Shown here piece by piece: positions 1-10,335 of a stretch of DNA of 64,000 nt. The position numbers and the translations under genes are program-made. Below the pieces are notes generated by a model. The model worked only from the letters and a program-made list of their open reading frames with translations, made no database searches and was not told the DNA's origin. Origin of the DNA: a virus. The DNA lies in IMG/VR virus record IMGVR_UViG_3300023184_004051, positions 44,671 through 108,670 of that record; one strand, 5' to 3'. Positions within the stretch are counted from its first letter, which is position 1. Each line of letters starts with the position of its first letter.

Positions 1-1005
1 CCATCACCTAACGTAAACAACGTTCACATTGACGCAATCTTGACCAACATCTCGGTTGCGTACTTGCAGAACACCAACAACTTTGTCGCTGACAAGGTTT
101 TCCCAATCGTCCCTGTGGACAAGAAGTCAAACATCTACTTCAAGTACACGAAGGATGACTGGTTCCGTGACGAGGCTCAGCGTCGTGCTGATGGAACTGC
201 CTCGGCAGGTTCCGGCTACGGCTTGACCACCGACAACTACCTTGCGGATGTCTACGCATTTCACAAGGACATCGGTGACCAGACCCGCGCCAACGCCGAC
301 AACCCTCTCAACCCGGATATGGAAGCGACGCAGTTCGTCACCCAACGCCTCCTTCTCCGTCGTGAGGTTCAGTGGGCCGCCGACTACTTCACCTCCGGTA
401 TTTGGGGAACCAACATCACGGGTGTCGCATCATCAACCAACTCCGCACCTGCCGCAACGCAGGCTGTGAAGTGGAGCGACTACACCACGGGTGTCACCTA
501 CACCTCAAACCCAATCGTGGATGTTGAGTTGGGCAAGACCACCGTGCTTCAGAACACCGGATTTGAGCCGAACACGCTTGTTCTCTCTTACGCCGTGTTC
601 CAAAAGTTGAAGGCTCACCCAATCCTTGTTGACCGCTACAAGTACACCCAAGCCGGTGCAATCGTGACCGAGGACTTGCTCGCTGCCCTGTTCGGCATTG
701 ACCGTGTTCTCGTCGCAAAGGCTGTTGTCAACCCATCCAACGAAGGTCAGACCGCCGCGTCTTACAGTTTCACGGCTGGAAACAACGCCCTGCTCTGCTA
801 CGTTGCCCCGAACCCGGGTCTTATGACCCCATCAGCCGGATACACCTTTATGTGGACTGGCGTTTCGGGTGGCCTCGGTACGACGGTTGGCGTTAGCCGC
901 TTCCGTATGGAGGAACTGAAGGCAGACCGAGTTGAAGGTGAAATCGCCTTTGACAACAAGGTTGTCGCCGCAGACCTCGGCTACTTTTGGACTAGTATTA
1001 TCTAA
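1..1005 (+). CDS. Major capsid protein (HK97-fold type), 5' end outside the window
   Basis: Frame 1 is open from base 1 (PSPNVNNVHIDAILTNISVAY...FVADKVFPIVPVDKKS), an N-terminus typical of this capsid family. Followed by a strong terminator and head-tail genes. Confidence 0.85.
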   Translation, partial: PSPNVNNVHIDAILTNISVAYLQNTNNFVADKVFPIVPVDKKSNIYFKYTKDDWFRDEAQRRADGTASAGSGYGLTTDNYLADVYAFHKDIGDQTRANADNPLNPDMEATQFVTQRLLLRREVQWAADYFTSGIWGTNITGVASSTNSAPAATQAVKWSDYTTGVTYTSNPIVDVELGKTTVLQNTGFEPNTLVLSYAVFQKLKAHPILVDRYKYTQAGAIVTEDLLAALFGIDRVLVAKAVVNPSNEGQTAASYSFTAGNNALLCYVAPNPGLMTPSAGYTFMWTGVSGGLGTTVGVSRFRMEELKADRVEGEIAFDNKVVAADLGYFWTSII

Positions 1006-1025
1006 GCCAGAAGTTGCAGTCAGTG

Positions 1026-1063
1026 AAATCCCCTCGGCCTTCGGGTCGGGGGGATTTTGCTTT
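1026..1063 (+). terminator. Rho-independent terminator after the capsid gene
   Basis: aaatcccctcggcc-TTCG-ggtcggggggattt stem followed by ttgcttt. Confidence 0.85.
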
Positions 1064-1083
1064 GTGGTGATACGATTTCCTTT

Positions 1084-1386
1084 ATGGAAAACGAACCCAT
1101 TTACCGCATTATGCACCTGTGTCAGTTTGGTGGAAAGACTTATGCCGAAGGCGACACCATCCGCTTCTCCGAGATGACAAGCCACGAATACAACTGGGGC
1201 AACGCTTACGGCCACATCCAAGAGGTTGTTGCTGAACCTGAAGCCGTTGAGGAAGTTGCTGAAGTCGAGCCAGAGGCAGTTTTGGAAATCAAGTCAGTCG
1301 AGAGCGTTGAGGTTGAGAAGCCTGTCGCCGCCAAATCACCAGCCAAGAAGCCTGCGACTAAGACGGTCAAGCGAGCAACCAAGTAG
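1084..1386 (+). CDS. Hypothetical protein with Glu-rich linker and Lys-rich tail
   Basis: ORF; TACGAT -10 box just before the ATG (probably leaderless). Confidence 0.6.
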   Translation: MENEPIYRIMHLCQFGGKTYAEGDTIRFSEMTSHEYNWGNAYGHIQEVVAEPEAVEEVAEVEPEAVLEIKSVESVEVEKPVAAKSPAKKPATKTVKRATK

Positions 1387-1424
1387 GAAGTCGTATTGCG
1401 CGCATAGCGTGATACGATTTCACT

Positions 1425-1682
1425 ATGTCGCTAAAGGATGCCGAGCAACGACTAGAGCAGGTATTCACCTGCAAGTTTGTTGACTTCCACGAGGGATTAG
1501 ACAAAGACGACCAAACGACTTTTGCTCGTTGGGTTGGTGAAATCAAGCCCGCAGGTTGGATTTCCCGTGTCGTGACTGCCGACGGAAAACACCTCAACGA
1601 AAAGACCCTCAAACGGCACTTAGATGGGCAATGCAAATGCCCCGAGAACACCATCCACAAGGGGGTTTATCGTGGCGCTTGA
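1425..1682 (+). CDS. Hypothetical protein (C...H..G.C.C, possible Zn binding)
   Basis: ORF preceded by the same gtgatacgatttc sequence as the 1084 gene. Confidence 0.6.
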   Translation: MSLKDAEQRLEQVFTCKFVDFHEGLDKDDQTTFARWVGEIKPAGWISRVVTADGKHLNEKTLKRHLDGQCKCPENTIHKGVYRGA

Positions 1683-2892
1683 CGACGCAGCAAAGCCGTT
1701 CACCAAGCACAATGTTCCAAAAGGCAACGAGCCGGGTATCAAGTGGGATGGTGAAAAGGGCTTTATTGACAGTCCGGCCCTCCCCGATGAACCCGACCAA
1801 GCCTTATGGGAAACCATCATTGCCGATTGGGGACTTTCACCTGAAAAGACGGAAATCGTTGACGGGTCAGTTCACATTCGTGCGTGGGATGCCGCTATTG
1901 GCGGTGGTGAAACACAAAGGATGCGCTACTACCGAGCGTCTATCCGCAAACGACAAGAGGATGGCTTCCTTTCTGATGAGGTGAAGCGTCTATTCGCTCA
2001 CATCCAAAACCGCAAGCCAACCAAGCGTAGTGAAAACGATGTGGACTACGGCAATCAAGCCTTACTTCTTTTGGCGAGCGATTGGCAGTTGGGCAAGGGC
2101 GAAGGTGGCGGGCCGGAAGCGGCCATTGAGCGCATCTGTTCAGCACAAGACAAGTTCATCGAAAAGGTGCGGTTCCTCCGCAAGATGGGTCGTGGGCCTT
2201 CGGTGATTTATGTCGTCGGAATGGGCGACTTGGTGGAAAACTGCGACAACCACTACGCAATGCAACGCTTCACCGTTCGTTTGGACAGGCGAGAGCAAAA
2301 AGATGCAGTCATCTTTCTCCTTGACCGCCTCATTGAGTTGTTGGTGAAAAACTTTCCTGATTTGGAAATCGTGATGGCCGCAGTTCCGGGTAATCACGGC
2401 GAGAACAGGTCTAACGGCAAAGCGTTCACCTCTTGGACTGACAATGACGATTTGGATGCGGTGGCAATGACCTACCGTGCTTTCACTAAAAACCCCGAGC
2501 GATACGGCAAAGTCTCAATGCCACAGTTTGATGGACTCATCCAAGAGGATATGACTATCACACTGAACATCTGTGGTGTAAATGTGGGTTTTGCACACGG
2601 ACATCAGTTCCGCAACGGCACAAACGCCTCGGCCAAAGCGGAGGGGTGGTGGAAAGGTCAAGTAATGGGCGAGCAACCTATTGCTGCCGCCAAACTCTTG
2701 TTCGCCGGACACCTTCACCACGCAGTCGTTTCTGAAGCCACAGGTCGCACCTTTTTCCAATGCCCTGCGATGGATGGCGGTTCAGCGTGGTTCACAAGCA
2801 CTTCGGGCGCATCATCGCCTGCTGGAATGTTGACCGTTGGCGTTGGAACGGGATACGAACGCAACGGTTGGGGTGATTACGAAATCCTATGA
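1672..2892 (+). CDS. Calcineurin-like metallophosphoesterase (Mre11/SbcD-like)
   Basis: Motifs SDWQLGK, GDLVEN, PGNHGE, HGHQ, GHLHH. Confidence 0.8.
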   Translation: MALDDAAKPFTKHNVPKGNEPGIKWDGEKGFIDSPALPDEPDQALWETIIADWGLSPEKTEIVDGSVHIRAWDAAIGGGETQRMRYYRASIRKRQEDGFLSDEVKRLFAHIQNRKPTKRSENDVDYGNQALLLLASDWQLGKGEGGGPEAAIERICSAQDKFIEKVRFLRKMGRGPSVIYVVGMGDLVENCDNHYAMQRFTVRLDRREQKDAVIFLLDRLIELLVKNFPDLEIVMAAVPGNHGENRSNGKAFTSWTDNDDLDAVAMTYRAFTKNPERYGKVSMPQFDGLIQEDMTITLNICGVNVGFAHGHQFRNGTNASAKAEGWWKGQVMGEQPIAAAKLLFAGHLHHAVVSEATGRTFFQCPAMDGGSAWFTSTSGASSPAGMLTVGVGTGYERNGWGDYEIL

Positions 2893-3263
2893 CAAACAAG
2901 TTCTACATTGCCGGCCCGATGAGGGGTCTGCCGCAAAACAACAGCGCAGCATTTGAGGAAGCCACCAAACGGCTCCGAGAGGCTGGCTACGAGGTTTTTT
3001 CACCATCTGAGGGAGATGACGCACCCGCAACGGATGAAACCTTTACAAACGCAATGAAGGCCCTCCTGCCGGAACTACTGAAATGTGATGCGGTAGCCGT
3101 GTTGCCGGGTTGGGGTCGAAGCGAAGGTGCGAAGTTGGAAGTGTTGGTTGCAGTCAGCACCGGCAAGCCCATCTACTCCTATCATCAGCACCGCCCTCAG
3201 TATTTGGAACTGATGCCCACCGTCAAAATCATTACCCGTGCCGAGGCATTGGCGAATGGCTAA
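2889..3263 (+). CDS. DUF4406 / nucleoside 2-deoxyribosyltransferase-like protein
   Basis: FYIAGPMRG, F.P, CDAVAVLPGW..SEGAKLE. Confidence 0.8.
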   Translation: MTNKFYIAGPMRGLPQNNSAAFEEATKRLREAGYEVFSPSEGDDAPATDETFTNAMKALLPELLKCDAVAVLPGWGRSEGAKLEVLVAVSTGKPIYSYHQHRPQYLELMPTVKIITRAEALANG

Positions 3264-3711
3264 TCACCATTGGACTGACGGAACTGACACAGGCTGGGAT
3301 ATTTCACCTTGGGAACTACTCCCCGGCGTTCGCACAGGCGAGGAACTGTCTCGTGGTGAAAGAGCCGCAGACATTGTTCGCAACAAGATGGGTTCGTGGG
3401 GCTTTGTTTTCACCTTCACGACCTTTATGTTCATCTGGGCAAGTGTCAATGTTGTGGTGTTCGCCAATCGGGGCTGGGACCCGTATCCGTTCATCCTGCT
3501 GAACCTGATGCTTTCGGCTCTCGCCGGACTCCAAGGGTCAATCCTTCTCATCGCAGCGAAGCGGGCTGATGCCGTTGCCGCAGAACAAGCCCTCTCGCAC
3601 CTCACGATTTCCAAAGCAAGTAGCGAAATCATCAAGGAACTGCGTAGTGAAATCCGAGCGGTCAAGACATTGGCCGAGCAAATCCAACACCACATCAAGG
3701 AGGGCAAATGA
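3256..3711 (+). CDS. DUF1003-family membrane protein
   Basis: GERAAD.V...MGSWGF and WDPYPFILLNLMLS motifs; two hydrophobic segments. Confidence 0.8.
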   Translation: MANHHWTDGTDTGWDISPWELLPGVRTGEELSRGERAADIVRNKMGSWGFVFTFTTFMFIWASVNVVVFANRGWDPYPFILLNLMLSALAGLQGSILLIAAKRADAVAAEQALSHLTISKASSEIIKELRSEIRAVKTLAEQIQHHIKEGK

Positions 3712-4202
3712 GCAAGAGTTATGAGGAAATCAACGAGTTCCTTGCCGAACAGGAACGGCTTATCACCTCAGCCAATGCCCCCAAGAACCGACTTGTCATA
3801 GATGGTCGTCGGATTGTTCGTGCGGGTTCAGGTCGTCGTGCGGTTTTCACCTTTGCCGAGTTCCCTGAAGGCGGCGACCCCCGTTTCCGTGCCGTTCTTG
3901 CTGAAATGTTGCGTATCCACATTTCCAAATCAAGCGATTATGGGACTGGCGCTGACCTTTACGCCAACTATCGGTCTGCTGAAGCCATCGGTATTCCGGC
4001 GTGGAAGTCGTGTTTCGTTCGTGCTTTGGAAAAGGTGCAGCGTTTGACGAACGCGGCTGGTGGAAAAAAACTCAACCACGAGGGCATCTCGGACAGTTTC
4101 CTTGACCTCGCCAACCACATTGTCATCAGCAAAGTTCTGTATGACGAAACCCAAGCCAAGAGTGGCGTTTGCGGCAACACTGATTGCGACTGTTCCTGCT
4201 GA
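3708..4202 (+). CDS. DUF1599-like all-alpha protein (nucleotide modification-associated)
   Basis: K..DYG....YANY, R..EKVQRL, E.I.DSFLDLANH. Confidence 0.6.
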   Translation: MSKSYEEINEFLAEQERLITSANAPKNRLVIDGRRIVRAGSGRRAVFTFAEFPEGGDPRFRAVLAEMLRIHISKSSDYGTGADLYANYRSAEAIGIPAWKSCFVRALEKVQRLTNAAGGKKLNHEGISDSFLDLANHIVISKVLYDETQAKSGVCGNTDCDCSC

Positions 4203-4269
4203 AAAGGCAAGATTTTCCAAACCTTGTGGCAGACTAGGTGTGTCCGACCAACCCTTCTAGGAGACAAAA

Positions 4270-4944
4270 GTGGCGCAGATTTTCCCCAACGATGGCTTGA
4301 ACTACCTTTTCACTCAGTTGAGTATGGGTGGAACGAACGCATCTGCCGTCAGCGCCACCTACTACGCCGGTTTGCTTTCTGGTGGAACCACTACGACTGT
4401 TCCCGCCGCTACCGCAGTTCTCGGAACGCTCGGTGGAACTTTCGTTGAAACGACTGGCTCGGGCTACGCTCGCCAAACGGTGCAGTTCAGCACCATCGCT
4501 ACCTCTAACACGGCAGTTCTCTCCGGTGCGACCATCTCCGCCGGTGGTGGAAACGGCTCTTGGGTCGTGACTGTCGCTTCTAACACTAATGTTCGTGCCG
4601 GTATGACCGCAACCCTTACGGGCGGCTCGGGAACGGAAACCAAAATCGTGACGAACACCATCGGCTCAACGCAAATCGTGTTGTCCTCGGCTATCGCTTC
4701 GGGAACGCAGACTGCGATTTCAGTAGGCGACCTCTACGCAGGTCGTAAGGTTTATCCGGGTTCAGCAATCTCTTTTGGGCCAGCAACGGGAACTTGGACA
4801 GCCGCAACGGGATACTTCATTGCGACCACCTCAGATAACTCGGGTAAGTTGTTATATGTGAGCAACTTTGCTGATGCCACTTCGCCAACCCTCGGTGCGA
4901 ACGACACTCTGACGGTCACCCCAACTATCCTGTTGAGCAACTAG
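4270..4944 (+). CDS. Putative virion structural protein
   Basis: Thr/Gly/Ser-rich; E..GSGYARQ.V.F...F..ATGTW pattern; aggag RBS. Confidence 0.55.
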   Translation: MAQIFPNDGLNYLFTQLSMGGTNASAVSATYYAGLLSGGTTTTVPAATAVLGTLGGTFVETTGSGYARQTVQFSTIATSNTAVLSGATISAGGGNGSWVVTVASNTNVRAGMTATLTGGSGTETKIVTNTIGSTQIVLSSAIASGTQTAISVGDLYAGRKVYPGSAISFGPATGTWTAATGYFIATTSDNSGKLLYVSNFADATSPTLGANDTLTVTPTILLSN

Positions 4945-4960
4945 TCGGGGAAGCCCGACA

Positions 4961-7900
4961 ATGGCTACCCTTGTCAGCGCCTTTGGGTCCGCTAGTAGTG
5001 CGGCACTAACGGCTAGCGCCGCTTTCACTGTCCCCTATACCAACCTTCTAAGCGTTGCCCCTGCTGCGGGTGATTATGTGTTCGTTGCCCTTTGGCTGAC
5101 TCGTAATGCCGCCGCCACGCAAGCACAGTCATCAAACGGCACTTACGCCTCGGTAGCGTGTGGCTCGGTCTACCTGACCTGTATGGAGAACACCTCGGTT
5201 CCGACCAACCTCTCGGCAACCTCAACGACGCTATTTCACCAATATGGCGTTCCGGGCAACCTTTCCGCCAATGCCGTGAACCTTGCTGTTTTTGGAGCGC
5301 CTTACACGGCAGGTATGGCACGAGGCATCACCGTCACAGGGTTCAACGCCGGTGCTGCTACCGCAGTCCTTCTCTGCACCGCTATGGCAGTTCAGGGCAT
5401 CTACACGCCCCCAACAAACCCTCGGACAACGTGGTGTAAAACCATTGAGAACGGTGGAGTGGTTGACACGACATCGGGTTCCGGTTTGGCTTGGGCGAGC
5501 AATGGCGTGACCCCAAGTATCACCGCATTTGGAAGCACGAAGGTCAATAACAGCAACTTGACTTCCGCCATCGTTGATGATGTTGTAGCCGGTGCGGTGA
5601 CGGGCATCTTGAACCTTGGCTCTGCTGGCTACCAGACCACAGATTTTTCCACTAGGTATTCCAATCAAGAAGGTCTTTTTATTGGGAACCTAGATGTCAT
5701 TGGCTTTGGCGGCAATGGTGGCTCAGCAAACGTCATCGTCACAAACTCCAACAACCCCGTTCCGCCGGCCCTTTCAGGTGGCCCTAGCACTTGGACTGGC
5801 AAATACCTTGGGATTGGACAAGCGATATCGGGTGCGGATATTCCACAAGACACTTACATCACAGGCTTCAGTTATGACCCGAACTACTTGGGCTTTTTAG
5901 GCCCCACTTGGTTCGTCAACACCAATAATCTCGTCACCCCCTCCGGTCAGTTCTGGGCGGGTGCTGAACAGCCTGTCCTTGTCGTGATGTTCACCAACAA
6001 CTCAACGACTACGGCTGCTACAACTTCGGTTGGAAACACCGGAGGAACCGTCAACAACGGTCTGACCTACCTTGACCCCCAAGGGTCAACGATGTATTTC
6101 ACCTCATTTGGGTCGGCATCGGGAACTGTGGGAACGGGAACAAACACCTCGTTGCCAACTGCGGGCAGGGTGGTTGTGCCGACTTATGGTGGAAACACCA
6201 CTCTTTCGTGGACTTCCAAACCGTCTAGCACCTCCCTTGCGGGTTGCACCGCTCCATCATCACCACTTGATAAAGACCTCTATCAGTTGTGGATGGACAA
6301 TGTGCAAACCGGCTCGCAGTTTTGGGACTGCACCCCCGTCGTGACGAATAGTGGAAACGCAACCTCTCCTGCTAGCGCCCCTCCGGGCATTGAGACAGTC
6401 AAGACAGTTCTTGCTACAACCACAACGGGTTTCCAAACCGGAACTTTGGTGATGGCGTATGGGGCGAACCGTTCAGGAATAAGTCCGGTATCCCTTTTCG
6501 GACACCTTCGGCACGGCTCGGTATCATCAACCAACTTTGGATTTGGAGCGGCTTTTTCCTTCAAGCCCAACAAGTCATCCATCATTGGCACAGTGGGCGA
6601 AGTGGTGGAAACAAGAACAACTCCCGGCTCTGGCGTGTCTCGTGGGGCTATCCGCTCATCGGAAGTCATTGAGTTGGACACAGGTGAAAGTAGCGGCGCT
6701 GCTCGCACTTTGCCAAAAACCTCGGAACCATCACTATTGGCAAAAGGTGAAATCCAAAACTCAAAACAGAGCAATGTGGCATCTCAGGTCAATGAAGTGC
6801 TTTCAGCACAAGACAAGCGTGGCACAAATATTGGCGAGAAGGGCGCTGCAACTTATGGAACATTGTTCCAAGAAGTTGTTAGAGCCGTGTTATTCAGCAA
6901 ATCTAATACGGTCACGGAACTGCTTGACACGCAAAGCGTGAGAGCGCAAACGGCATATCGCCTGAGCGCCGTTAGTGAAATCTTGTCCTCAACCAGCCAG
7001 AAAACCCTGCTGCTCAACACCCTCACCAAAGCCGTCACATTTGCTCGCGGTGGGTATGTTCCAAAACTGAACAGCATCACCGGACTCGGCATCTTGGGTC
7101 AAGAAGCATTGGGCTATGGCAACTTCTACCCGACGAACAACTGGTACAACACCACTCTCGCCAAGAACTTCACGAAAACCTATGTCGAGGCGGGGGCGGT
7201 TTATCTGCTTTCCACTACCGAAAACACGAAGGCTACGATACGAAATGTCATATCAAGCGTTGCTGATGTTCCAACCTCAGCCAGCCAGCGAGCAGTCACA
7301 ATCCCACGCTCTGCTGCGGTTGCTGAAGCGCCGACAACCACATCTCAACGGTCTACCATCCGTTCCTTTGTCGCCGCCGTTGCTGAAATCTTGTCAGGAG
7401 AGAACACACGCAGCGTCAACAAGGGCAAAGTAAGCGAGGTCAACCTCACTCCAAGTGGTGAAAACCAACGACAAGTGGCGGGCAATGTCGTCGGCTCGGT
7501 TGCTGAAGCCCCCAAGAGCGCAAACGGAACTTCCAAAACTCTCGCTCGCATCACCACTGTTGTTGAAGCACTCAACACGGTGGCAACCAAAGTCCTCGTC
7601 ATAAATCGTGCCTCTGAAGTTGCTGAAAAGCCATCAGAAAGCAATACGAAGTCATCGGCATTTACTCGGTCAAGCCAAGTCTCGGAACGACCCACAACCA
7701 CATCGCAGCGTTCAGCAAGTCATTCATTTGCCACAACTGCCAACCTGTTGCTATCAGCAACCGTCACTCGTTCTGTTGGCGTGGCGAGGGCAAGTTCGGT
7801 TTACAAGGCGATTTACACCACCGCCTTTGCCATTCTCATCAAACTGACAAGCGGGTTCGTTGCGACCTTCACGGAATACCCAAAGACTGAGGGTTTCACC

Positions 7901-8014
7901 GAATATCCAAAGACGGAAACGATGATGGATGCCACAAATGCCGTTTTCACTACCTCAAATACGGCAATCGGTTTTCAGGATGATGGGGTAGCCTCTTACA
8001 CGGAAGGACAATAA
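4961..8014 (+). CDS. Large putative virion fibre/decoration protein with ~20-aa C-terminal repeats
   Basis: 1017 aa, Thr/Ser-rich; periodic VAE...S..RS units. Confidence 0.55.
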   Translation: MATLVSAFGSASSAALTASAAFTVPYTNLLSVAPAAGDYVFVALWLTRNAAATQAQSSNGTYASVACGSVYLTCMENTSVPTNLSATSTTLFHQYGVPGNLSANAVNLAVFGAPYTAGMARGITVTGFNAGAATAVLLCTAMAVQGIYTPPTNPRTTWCKTIENGGVVDTTSGSGLAWASNGVTPSITAFGSTKVNNSNLTSAIVDDVVAGAVTGILNLGSAGYQTTDFSTRYSNQEGLFIGNLDVIGFGGNGGSANVIVTNSNNPVPPALSGGPSTWTGKYLGIGQAISGADIPQDTYITGFSYDPNYLGFLGPTWFVNTNNLVTPSGQFWAGAEQPVLVVMFTNNSTTTAATTSVGNTGGTVNNGLTYLDPQGSTMYFTSFGSASGTVGTGTNTSLPTAGRVVVPTYGGNTTLSWTSKPSSTSLAGCTAPSSPLDKDLYQLWMDNVQTGSQFWDCTPVVTNSGNATSPASAPPGIETVKTVLATTTTGFQTGTLVMAYGANRSGISPVSLFGHLRHGSVSSTNFGFGAAFSFKPNKSSIIGTVGEVVETRTTPGSGVSRGAIRSSEVIELDTGESSGAARTLPKTSEPSLLAKGEIQNSKQSNVASQVNEVLSAQDKRGTNIGEKGAATYGTLFQEVVRAVLFSKSNTVTELLDTQSVRAQTAYRLSAVSEILSSTSQKTLLLNTLTKAVTFARGGYVPKLNSITGLGILGQEALGYGNFYPTNNWYNTTLAKNFTKTYVEAGAVYLLSTTENTKATIRNVISSVADVPTSASQRAVTIPRSAAVAEAPTTTSQRSTIRSFVAAVAEILSGENTRSVNKGKVSEVNLTPSGENQRQVAGNVVGSVAEAPKSANGTSKTLARITTVVEALNTVATKVLVINRASEVAEKPSESNTKSSAFTRSSQVSERPTTTSQRSASHSFATTANLLLSATVTRSVGVARASSVYKAIYTTAFAILIKLTSGFVATFTEYPKTEGFTEYPKTETMMDATNAVFTTSNTAIGFQDDGVASYTEGQ

Positions 8015-8015
8015 A

Positions 8016-8357
8016 ATGACCACGGTTGCCACTTATCCAACACCAGCATCAAGCCTGCCAGACCTGACATTCGTTTGGACTGATGCAACGCAGACCCTCA
8101 TCAACTTCGGAGTGGCGGGTTGGTCATACAGTATGAAAATCAGTCAACCTCCAAATGCCCCCACAATCACCAAGACGACGGGCATTTCTGGCGCTTCAAC
8201 TTCACCAAACATCACGGTTCAGTGGAGCGTGAACGAACTTGCAACCCTCACACCGGGTCGTTGGTACTTCCAACTGACCGCCACTTACGGCCCTAGTGGT
8301 GGAAAACAACGCATTATGACGGGTTCTATCGTCATTGACCAAGCGATTATGGCGTAG
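8016..8357 (+). CDS. Hypothetical beta-sandwich structural protein
   Basis: ORF coupled to the previous gene; ends PGRWYFQL...IMTGSIVI. Confidence 0.5.
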   Translation: MTTVATYPTPASSLPDLTFVWTDATQTLINFGVAGWSYSMKISQPPNAPTITKTTGISGASTSPNITVQWSVNELATLTPGRWYFQLTATYGPSGGKQRIMTGSIVIDQAIMA

Positions 8358-8361
8358 TGAA

Positions 8362-8856
8362 ATGAGTTGGACTTACTCTGCCGACCCAAGTTCCTCAACG
8401 AAAGATGCCGTTCGTTTTCTCATTGGTGATACCGATGAGACAGCCCAGCAGATGACGGATGAGGAAATCTACTTCAACCTCACCGAAGTTGGTGGTGAAA
8501 TCTATCGTGCCGCTTCCAATACTTGCTACAACCTTGCCGCCCGATACACGGGTGAAGCGCAAAGCACGAGCAAGAGCGTTGGTGGGTTGTCTCTAAGCAA
8601 GAGCCTTGGCGACAGAGCGCAACGCTATGAACGCCTTGCCAAAGACCTGTTGATACGCTCACGCCGTATTTCACCACCCGTTCCAAATGCCGACCCAGAT
8701 GCCCTCGGTGCGGAACTGTATGTGGGCAAGTTTGACCGCTACTACGCCACCCCGAACTATTGGCCGTCTAGCAGCGTGACGGGCGTTTCCACCACCTATG
8801 GCACAAACTACGAACCCGGTGAGGGAGGCGTGGCCGGAAGCGGTCAAGAGCCATAA
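8362..8856 (+). CDS. Head-tail adaptor/connector
   Basis: MSWTYS.DP...KDAVRFLIGDTD...SVGGLSLS; position in the morphogenesis operon. Confidence 0.65.
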   Translation: MSWTYSADPSSSTKDAVRFLIGDTDETAQQMTDEEIYFNLTEVGGEIYRAASNTCYNLAARYTGEAQSTSKSVGGLSLSKSLGDRAQRYERLAKDLLIRSRRISPPVPNADPDALGAELYVGKFDRYYATPNYWPSSSVTGVSTTYGTNYEPGEGGVAGSGQEP

Positions 8857-9275
8857 TGCCCATTGAGCCGGAACTCTACGAACTGTTTGGGCAGACCGTC
8901 TACTGCGAGAACCCTCTGCCTATCACCACTTACACAGCGCCCGGTGCAACCAACCCGTCGCCTGTTTTGGATGCGTATGGTCGCCACGTTCTTGCTGATG
9001 GAACAACGCCATCAACCTCAGCCGCCGCTTGGACTTCAGCAATCGCCTACAGATGCCGTTTGGAATACTCCGAGCAAGTCATCACTGATGCTGAAGGCAG
9101 AAACCGTGTGAGTAAGGGTCGTGCCTACCTGATGGGCGTTTTCCCTGAAATCACCACAGAAAGTCGGGTCACGGTTGATGAAGTCCAGCCGGCCCTGCAA
9201 CATCCTGTCCTCATAAATGTCACCACTGACAACGACCAATACGGGCCGCAAAACACGACCCTCCACTTTGAGTAG
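8856..9275 (+). CDS. Putative head-closure (stopper) protein
   Basis: Synteny; DAYG and CRLE...V.D..G pattern. Confidence 0.5.
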   Translation: MPIEPELYELFGQTVYCENPLPITTYTAPGATNPSPVLDAYGRHVLADGTTPSTSAAAWTSAIAYRCRLEYSEQVITDAEGRNRVSKGRAYLMGVFPEITTESRVTVDEVQPALQHPVLINVTTDNDQYGPQNTTLHFE

Positions 9276-9287
9276 GAGAGTAGTGAA

Positions 9288-9674
9288 ATGGATATCACGG
9301 TTCAGGTAGACACGAGCAACCTCGTGCTTCACCAAAAGTCACAACAAATCAACGAGATGATTGCTCGCAGCGTAAGCGATGTCATCGAGAAGGTCTTTGC
9401 TGAAAGCCAAATCCTTGTTCCCGTCAACACGGGTGCATTGAAAGCCTCCGGTCAAGTGGTGAAAGAGTCGCCTGAGGAAAATGGGGCGCTCAGTTCCTCC
9501 TACATCACTTATGGTGATGCAACCGTTGATTACGCTGTGTCAGTTCACGAGGACTTGTCTATGCCTCACGCTGCCCCAACGCAAGCCAAGTACCTAGAAA
9601 CCCCGTTAGTGAAAAATGTGCCGCTTTTGGAAAGTCTCATCCGAGCGCGGCTGAAAGTGATTTTGTATTCGTGA
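9288..9674 (+). CDS. HK97 gp10-like neck/tail completion protein
   Basis: VPVNTGALKASG...YAVSVHE...QAKYLE.P. Confidence 0.75.
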   Translation: MDITVQVDTSNLVLHQKSQQINEMIARSVSDVIEKVFAESQILVPVNTGALKASGQVVKESPEENGALSSSYITYGDATVDYAVSVHEDLSMPHAAPTQAKYLETPLVKNVPLLESLIRARLKVILYS

Positions 9675-10102
9675 CTACCCTCCTAGATGCACTTGGAACC
9701 TATCTGCCGACCAGAACTGCCACGCTGCCCGCCGTTCAGCAGTTGCACTTGGGGTCAAACCTATTCTTGGCTCGCATCCCAGCCGAAGCGCCTGATGCTT
9801 GTGTCGTCGTTCAGCAGTATGAGGGTCAGAACCCGACCTTCACAATGGGGCCTGTCGTCAGCGAGTTGGAACATCCCCGTATCCAAATCACCGTAAGGGG
9901 GATGAGAGAGGACTATCCGGGCGCATACGACCTCTCCATTGCCATCCGCAACATCTTGGGTGCAATCACCTCTACGACCTCGCTAAGCGGCATCAGCGTC
10001 ATCCGTATCGAGCCTTTGGGACTTCCAAACCCCATCGGCTACGACCAAGTGGAGCGACCCCGTTTCACTACCAACTTCCAAGCGCATTACAAATCATCGT
10101 GA
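9671..10102 (+). CDS. Tail terminator / minor capsid-family protein
   Basis: P.IQITVRG...Y, G.DQ..RPRFT.NF; synteny. Confidence 0.65.
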   Translation: MTTLLDALGTYLPTRTATLPAVQQLHLGSNLFLARIPAEAPDACVVVQQYEGQNPTFTMGPVVSELEHPRIQITVRGMREDYPGAYDLSIAIRNILGAITSTTSLSGISVIRIEPLGLPNPIGYDQVERPRFTTNFQAHYKSS

Positions 10103-10335
10103 ACGAACTTGACCTCGTAATCCAAAGCATCAAAGCGGCCAAACAAGCCTGCCTTGCATCAGTTCACGCATTGGAGGCAGTCGAGCGGCTTCTCGGTGCT
10201 GATGACATTTCCAAAACTCAGCCAGTCGAGGCTGCCGAGGCATCCGGTTGTCAGCACAAAGATGCGGCTAAAGTCACCACATCGGAAGGTGTGTTTCTTG
10301 TCTGCGGATGTGGCGAACAAAAAGAAATCCAATAA
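10099..10335 (+). CDS. Hypothetical protein, C-terminal Cys/His cluster
   Basis: ORF overlapping the previous stop; C.H...CGCG. Confidence 0.5.
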   Translation: MNELDLVIQSIKAAKQACLASVHALEAVERLLGADDISKTQPVEAAEASGCQHKDAAKVTTSEGVFLVCGCGEQKEIQ

